The notes under the pieces: generated by a model | Seen by the model: only the letters and a program-made list of their open reading frames with translations | Told to the model about the DNA's origin: nothing | Database searches by the model: none | Assembly (NCBI GenBank): GCA_030604855.1 | Contig: JAUVVC010000011.1 | Coordinates: forward strand, 19,331 to 51,330 | Direction of reading: 5' to 3' | DNA: 32,000 nucleotides | Source: Erysipelotrichaceae bacterium | GTDB lineage: Bacteria > Bacillota_I > Bacilli_A > Erysipelotrichales > Erysipelotrichaceae | Part shown: positions 27,949 to 32,000 of the stretch, piece after piece | Numbering within the stretch: the stretch's first letter is position 1 | Layout of the letters: each line of letters begins with the position of its first letter | Made by a program: the position numbers and the translations under genes

Positions 27949-28566
27949 TTAAATATCAATGATTTCCTTCTGACGCTTGAATAAGTACTGCACTATCGCA
28001 TTGGCTGTATTATCATCCACTTGATTGAAGCGTACCCCATAGCCATAATAACCATCTTGAGCAGCACGACAACGCACCACCACACCCATGATCATGAATT
28101 CTTTCCCATCAATGGTGAAGTTTAAACGCATCTTGGTGCGTACCGTTAGGATTGCCTTTGATAAAACCATAGCCCCATTCAAACTCAAGTCTTGTAAGAT
28201 GCAGGACATATTTCGGATGGGTCCACCACCTCGAGCTTCAATCCCAGCTGTCGCTTCGAGATTGACGTTCACGCGGAAGAAATTACGTTGTTCACCTTCT
28301 ACCAAAGTACGTGTATCGATGACACGAAAGAACTCCATGGTTGGTATGTATAAGCGTCCTTCAATCACCAAGGGTTCTAAGACATGGTGACTGATGATGA
28401 CTTTGACATTAAATTCATATCGAGTCAAACTGGATGAACCCAAATCATTCGAAATCTCTAGGAAGTCAGGTCCGATCTTAATGATTTTCCCCTTGGTCAA
28501 TAAATCGTTGCCTTGAGTCCTTAGCTCACAACTGGCAAAGCGATATCCTTCATCGATTAGTGCCAT
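27949..28566 (-). CDS. PilZ-domain c-di-GMP receptor, YcgR/MotI-like two-domain protein, 205 aa
   Basis: The c-di-GMP-binding motifs RxxxR (QRNFFRV) and DxSxxG (DLSLNGA) are both present and are preceded by a roughly 90-aa N-terminal domain. GGGGGA RBS. Confidence 0.8.
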   Translation of the reverse strand: MALIDEGYRFASCELRTQGNDLLTKGKIIKIGPDFLEISNDLGSSSLTRYEFNVKVIISHHVLEPLVIEGRLYIPTMEFFRVIDTRTLVEGEQRNFFRVNVNLEATAGIEARGGGPIRNMSCILQDLSLNGAMVLSKAILTVRTKMRLNFTIDGKEFMIMGVVVRCRAAQDGYYGYGVRFNQVDDNTANAIVQYLFKRQKEIIDI

Positions 28567-28574
28567 GCGTCCCC

Positions 28575-28946
28575 CTAGTGTCTTGGATTTTGTTTAACTT
28601 TAATGACAGCGTTGACTAATGCAGAGATGACATCCGCATCATAACGACGAATCTCCAAAGCTTGATCAAGTTCATTACGCACAATGTATTTAGGCGGAAG
28701 ATTATTGACCGCCAAGGCTAAGACATCTTTAACACAATGATCACATTGACAACACTTGAACTTCTCCATAGCCTCTTCAATGCGTTCTTTCACCGCAAGT
28801 TCTGCGACATTGACCAACACCTTGGGTTGTAGGAAGGGTGTGGGTTGTGGAAGGGGTGTACTTTCTTCCACGATTTTGGTTTGGTTTGATGAAGGCATGA
28901 TTTTCTTATACATGGCTTCTTTATCAATTGAGCGATTATTGGACAT
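28575..28946 (-). CDS. ComFB-domain protein with an N-terminal low-complexity extension, 123 aa
   Basis: KFKCCQCDHCVKDVLALAVNNLPPKYI matches the ComFB Cys-cluster/LALxLNxLPPxY signature. The start at 28946 has a GGGGGA RBS and overlaps the parA-like stop by 11 nt. Confidence 0.75.
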   Translation of the reverse strand: MSNNRSIDKEAMYKKIMPSSNQTKIVEESTPLPQPTPFLQPKVLVNVAELAVKERIEEAMEKFKCCQCDHCVKDVLALAVNNLPPKYIVRNELDQALEIRRYDADVISALVNAVIKVKQNPRH

Positions 28947-29706
28947 GCGTTTCCCCCTGTAAAATCTCTTCAACTAAATTTAAGTAATCTTGTGCCACAT
29001 CCCCTTGTTTGATCAGATCAAAGAGGTCTTGTTGGCTGGATTGTGCTTCCGCAACTTTGATGCTGGAGCGGATGCTTGTATCGAACAACTTGAGTTTTAA
29101 ATCATTGAGGACGAGTTCTGCTGTCCCCTTGACTTCTCTATTCAAGTAAACACGATCGTTGTATTTATTGAGAATGACCCCTTCAATTGTACAGTTCGGA
29201 TTCGAGTATTTACGAACTTGTTGAACCGTTTCATGAAGTTGAGTGATGCCTTGTAGACTGAAGATATCCGCTACCATGGGAATCAAGATGCCATTGCAAG
29301 CACTCATGGCATTGATGGTTAGAATACCTAAACCCGGAGGGGTATCGATCAGGATGTAATCATAGTAGGGACGTATGTTTTGTAATGCATTGCGGAGTAG
29401 GAATTCACGACCACTTTGGGTGTATTCCATTTCGATTCCACTGAGCAAGATGTTCGCCGCAACGATATCGATGATCGCTGTGCGTTGAATGGCGTGTTGG
29501 AGCTTGACTTCACCTTTGAGCACTTCGTAAATGGTTGCACTTAAGACCGTTTCTGCGTTTGCACAAAAAGAGAGATTCCCTTGTGGATCCATATCGATGA
29601 TCAACACTTTATAACCTTGATGTTTAAGCGCTGATGCCAGATTGATGGTGGTGGTCGTTTTACCGACTCCCCCTTTTTGATTGGTAATGGTAAGTATCCG
29701 TGTCAT
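28936..29706 (-). CDS. ParA/Soj-family P-loop ATPase (orphan), 256 aa
   Basis: Deviant Walker A ITNQKGGVGKTTTTINLA, IIDMDPQGN and YILIDTPPGLG motifs. The start at 29706 has a GAGGAG RBS. No parB-like gene is adjacent. Confidence 0.9.
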   Translation of the reverse strand: MTRILTITNQKGGVGKTTTTINLASALKHQGYKVLIIDMDPQGNLSFCANAETVLSATIYEVLKGEVKLQHAIQRTAIIDIVAANILLSGIEMEYTQSGREFLLRNALQNIRPYYDYILIDTPPGLGILTINAMSACNGILIPMVADIFSLQGITQLHETVQQVRKYSNPNCTIEGVILNKYNDRVYLNREVKGTAELVLNDLKLKLFDTSIRSSIKVAEAQSSQQDLFDLIKQGDVAQDYLNLVEEILQGETHVQ

Positions 29707-29765
29707 AGTGCTCCTCAAAAAACCGTACAACAAAACTTTACACTATTTAACTGTCTTTGGGTACC

Positions 29766-30047
29766 TTAACCGTTCTTTTCACGTATCTTTTCAGCCCCAA
29801 TCAAGAGCTGTGTATAGATTTCCGCTATAACTTGATACAACTCAACAGGAATGCTTTCACCTAGCTTTAACATCGTCAATAAACCAGCACTGTGTTCATC
29901 TTCATAAACAGGAATTCCAAGCTTCTCACCGAGATGAATGATCTGCTCAGCAATCGGTCCATAACCGGATGCGATGACAATCGGAGCGTTCTGTTTGGCT
30001 TGGTCGTATTTGAGCGCGACCGCTTTCTTGAGCTTAGGCATAGGCAT
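29766..30047 (-). CDS. Free-standing FlhB C-terminal (FlhB_CC / EscU-YscU-type) domain protein, about 93 aa
   Basis: KKAVALKYDQAKQNAPIVIASGYGPIAEQIIHLGEKLGIPVYEDEHSAGLL...IPVELYQVIAEIY is colinear with the post-NPTH part of FlhB. It has no TM region. The start at 30047 or 30041 overlaps the upstream stop. Confidence 0.8.
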   Translation of the reverse strand: MPMPKLKKAVALKYDQAKQNAPIVIASGYGPIAEQIIHLGEKLGIPVYEDEHSAGLLTMLKLGESIPVELYQVIAEIYTQLLIGAEKIREKNG

Positions 30048-31308
30048 CGATTCCGGTCTGAAGTGCTTGTAGGTGTGGGAAGACATCCAGAAGTGTTCGT
30101 GCGTGTATCCAATCCGAAACACTTAAGCGTTCCACACCATAGCCTAATTTTCGAATGGCTTGGCTCATCGCATCGCGTTGGGCTTCAAACACAATTCGAT
30201 ACTCAGAAGGAACATTCAATTGAATGGAAAGGCGCTTATCCAAGGCATGAACCTCGCATTCGACCATTCCCAACTCATTTAAATCCACAAGCATAAGTAC
30301 CTGAGTTGCCTTACTCTCATTCCCTGTATCAATCCAGACTTCCGCATGCACGACTTGTTCATGAAAGCGAAGGGGTAGATAGATATGATGAAGTGGAATG
30401 TAGTTGGAAGGTGCGTTTAAGATGAAGCGCAGGATATCCTGTAGACTTTGCTTATCCAAGTCAGTACTGTTCTGTTCCGCAAGCTTCAAGAGTTCCACAA
30501 ACTTGCCCATGGTTTTTGAGCCTGAGCGTAGATTCTCTGCAATTGCGTTCTGATAAATGGCTTTTTGCTTGAGGTTACTGTCCTCAGTATCTGAGCGCAA
30601 TAAGCGTGAGAGATGAACTTCCAACAAACGGAAGATCGTTTCAGTATTCGAATCCATCAAACCGTTTTGTTCTATTAGACCTAATAACTTCGTAAGTTCC
30701 TCCTGTAAAGCATGCGCATCCATCTGTGAGCTCTTCTCTAAAACCTCTTTAATATTTCCGTGGAAATAACTTTGATTGTATTTATGCATCAAGGCCTCAA
30801 GATGAGATTGAATGCTTTTACGTGCGCGTGCATGTGTGATCGGCAACAACATACTCTGTATCGCATCAATGACCACGTGTTTCTGACCTTCACTTAGCAT
30901 CTTCCTCAGCTCATCAAACACCTGCCCATAAAAGGTCACATTATTCTGGGCTTGGGTCTTCATCTCTTGAACCAATTGCGATGGATCCAGTGCAAATGAA
31001 GCCAAGAGCTTACCCAACGCTTCTTGAAGTCCTGCATTATCAATAGAGAGCATTTGAACGACGGATTCGATATTTTGATAAGCAAAGATATATTGAGTAC
31101 TCAACTCACTTTGTTTAAGGAGTTCACTTAGTACCGCATTCTCTTGATTGAGTAAACTCAGGTTTTGGCCATGTTCCTCTTTGCGTACATTCAAGGTGTT
31201 GATCTTAGATACATCTTGAATCTGAAAAGGCACCTCAGACTGAGGTTCATGACGTGTGATACTGGGCATCTTTACAGGTGCTTGACTTATTTTAAGTTGA
31301 TCAGCCAT
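30034..31308 (-). CDS. FliK-like (hook-length-control C-terminal domain) protein, 424 aa
   Basis: The C-terminal roughly 90 aa (VLMLVDLNELGMVECEVHALDKRLSIQLNVPSEYRIVFEAQRDAMSQAIRKLGYGVERLSV) follow the FliK Flg_hook pattern. The N-terminal roughly 300 aa are helical and Gln/Leu-rich. No SD precedes the ATG. Confidence 0.55.
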   Translation of the reverse strand: MADQLKISQAPVKMPSITRHEPQSEVPFQIQDVSKINTLNVRKEEHGQNLSLLNQENAVLSELLKQSELSTQYIFAYQNIESVVQMLSIDNAGLQEALGKLLASFALDPSQLVQEMKTQAQNNVTFYGQVFDELRKMLSEGQKHVVIDAIQSMLLPITHARARKSIQSHLEALMHKYNQSYFHGNIKEVLEKSSQMDAHALQEELTKLLGLIEQNGLMDSNTETIFRLLEVHLSRLLRSDTEDSNLKQKAIYQNAIAENLRSGSKTMGKFVELLKLAEQNSTDLDKQSLQDILRFILNAPSNYIPLHHIYLPLRFHEQVVHAEVWIDTGNESKATQVLMLVDLNELGMVECEVHALDKRLSIQLNVPSEYRIVFEAQRDAMSQAIRKLGYGVERLSVSDWIHARTLLDVFPHLQALQTGIDAYA

Positions 31309-31321
31309 AGTTTCTACTTGT

Positions 31322-31347
31322 ATATCGATTGCTTTCGATGAATCTTA
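31322..31347 (-). promoter_or_regulatory. Second sigma-D/sigma-28-type promoter candidate, upstream of the FliK-like gene
   Basis: The minus strand reads TAAG-N14-ATCGATAT, with the same architecture and spacing as the flgM promoter. The -10 element ends only 13 nt before the ATG. Confidence 0.4.
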
Positions 31348-31363
31348 AATGTCAGTATTTACC

Positions 31364-31403
31364 AAAAAAAAGAATCCCTAGGCTATTCATAGCTTTGGGA
31401 TTC
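31364..31403 (-). terminator. Intrinsic terminator after the flagellin gene
   Basis: Read on the minus strand: GAATCCC (31403-31397), an inner GCTAT/ATAGC stem, GGGATTC (31378-31372), then eight T (31371-31364). It begins 8 nt after the flagellin stop. Confidence 0.85.
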
Positions 31404-31410
31404 AGACTAA

Positions 31411-32000
31411 TTAACGTAATAATTGTAGAACGGATTGAGGTTGTTGGTTGGCTTGAGCAATCATCGCTTGAGCTGCTTGAGAAAGGATATTGTTCTTCGT
31501 CATTTCCATCATTTCTTTAGCCATATCCACATCGCGGATACGGGATTCGGAAGCAACTAGGTTTTCAGAAGTTGTAGCCAAGTTATTAATAGTGTGTTCT
31601 AGACGGTTTTGTAAAGACCCATAGACTGCGCGTTGGGTATTTACTGTACTAATCAAGTCTTCAACACCAGAAACACCAGTAATCAAGGTTGTACTTGTTA
31701 ATTTTGCTGTTGATAGTTTAGCAACTACATTGGTTGCTCCTGTAATACTTAAACTTGTTGCTGCATCGTGGGAGATTGCGACACCCACTGTAGTGGTGAA
31801 TACATTCTTACCATTGAACTCAGTTTTATCAATAATATTTTTGATTTCATCTCCAAGTGAGTTTATTTCTGCGTTGATGTTTGCTACATCATCTGTATTA
31901 TAAGTACCGTTTGCTTTCTGAACTGCGAGTTCTTTAGCACGTGTAAGCATGCTGGATACTTCTGTCAGTGCACCTTCTGCAGTTTGGATGAATGAGATCC
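31411..32000 (-). CDS. fliC: Flagellin, C-terminal about 195 aa; the N-terminal end lies beyond the window edge
   Basis: C-terminus QNRLEHTINNL...ESRIRDVDMAKEMMEMTKNNILSQAAQAMIAQANQQPQSVLQLLR. The frame stays open upstream of the track's Met to position 32000 and reads ...ISFIQTAEGALTEVSSMLTRAKELAVQ, which is the flagellin N-domain. Confidence 0.95.
   Translation of the reverse strand, partial: ISFIQTAEGALTEVSSMLTRAKELAVQKANGTYNTDDVANINAEINSLGDEIKNIIDKTEFNGKNVFTTTVGVAISHDAATSLSITGATNVVAKLSTAKLTSTTLITGVSGVEDLISTVNTQRAVYGSLQNRLEHTINNLATTSENLVASESRIRDVDMAKEMMEMTKNNILSQAAQAMIAQANQQPQSVLQLLR

Noticed and set aside
28824-28859. Imperfect 18-nt tandem duplication (GGGTTGTAGGAAGGGTGT / GGGTTGTGGAAGGGGTGT)
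   Set aside because: It is not a repeat element or CRISPR-like array. It has only two units, is in-frame, and encodes the TPLPQP/TPFLQP linker of the ComFB-like protein. It is noted only as part of that protein's low-complexity extension.
29078-29099. Sigma-28-like motif inside parA: TAAA-N10-TTCGATAC, sharing the 13-mer AAGTTGTTCGATA with the flgM promoter
   Set aside because: The spacer is 4-5 bp too short for a sigma-D/sigma-28 promoter, and the motif lies within coding sequence. Other CGATA-containing sites (for example 24288-24295, 29592-29599, 20051-20058) lack a correctly spaced TAAA/TAAG.
28936-29706. Interpreting the ParA-type ATPase as FlhG (YlxH/MinD-like flagellar number regulator) or as chromosomal Soj
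   Set aside because: No flhF or fliA neighbour is present, and I cannot see an N-terminal DQAxxLR-type activator motif or a C-terminal amphipathic helix. No parB or oriC-region genes are nearby. Neither assignment can be fully excluded without phylogeny, so it is reported as an orphan ParA.
29892-30296. 134-aa plus-strand ORF spanning the FlhB_CC-like / FliK-like junction, plus the 78-aa minus-strand alternative frame at 29876-30112
   Set aside because: They overlap two same-locus genes with recognisable domains. Their composition is Arg/Ser/His-rich junk, and they have no RBS.

Overview
This is a Bacillota-type chromosomal window with genetic code 11, and every gene except one lies on the minus strand. 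It falls into four blocks.

(i) 1-7.1 kb, central carbon metabolism: glgC-glgD-glgA, then a terminator, a promoter and pgk-tpiA-eno.

(ii) 7.2-12.4 kb: a tightly coupled gene chain of a MalE-like anchored binding protein, an MFS transporter, ung, folC and a FolT-like ECF S-component.

(iii) 12.4-19.4 kb, alpha-glucan utilisation: three cytoplasmic GH13 enzymes, an MsmX-type ABC ATPase and a miniature PucR-type regulator. This block carries near-identical LacI/CcpA-type (cre-like) operators but no permease genes.

(iv) 19.4-32 kb, a late-flagellar cluster in three parts:
- flagellin (N-terminal end off-window) followed by a strong terminator;
- a FliK-like protein, a free-standing FlhB_CC-like protein, an orphan ParA-type ATPase, a ComFB-domain protein and a PilZ (YcgR/MotI-like) protein;
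- a sigma-28-type promoter followed by flgM-flgN-flgK-flgL-yviE-like-fliW-csrA-(FliT-like)-fliD-fliS-EAL/HDOD with no visible internal terminator.

I saw no rRNA, tRNA, CRISPR array, IS element, transposase, integrase or recognisable defence gene.

The best candidate for something undescribed is the translationally coupled ParA-ComFB pair with its PilZ neighbour. Together with the operon-terminal EAL-HDOD phosphodiesterase, it places three cyclic-di-GMP-linked proteins and a positioning ATPase inside the late-flagellar locus. This is a hypothesis from gene context and motifs, not a demonstrated system.

All functional calls come from motif and family recognition by eye. No database search, structure prediction or folding-energy calculation was possible.
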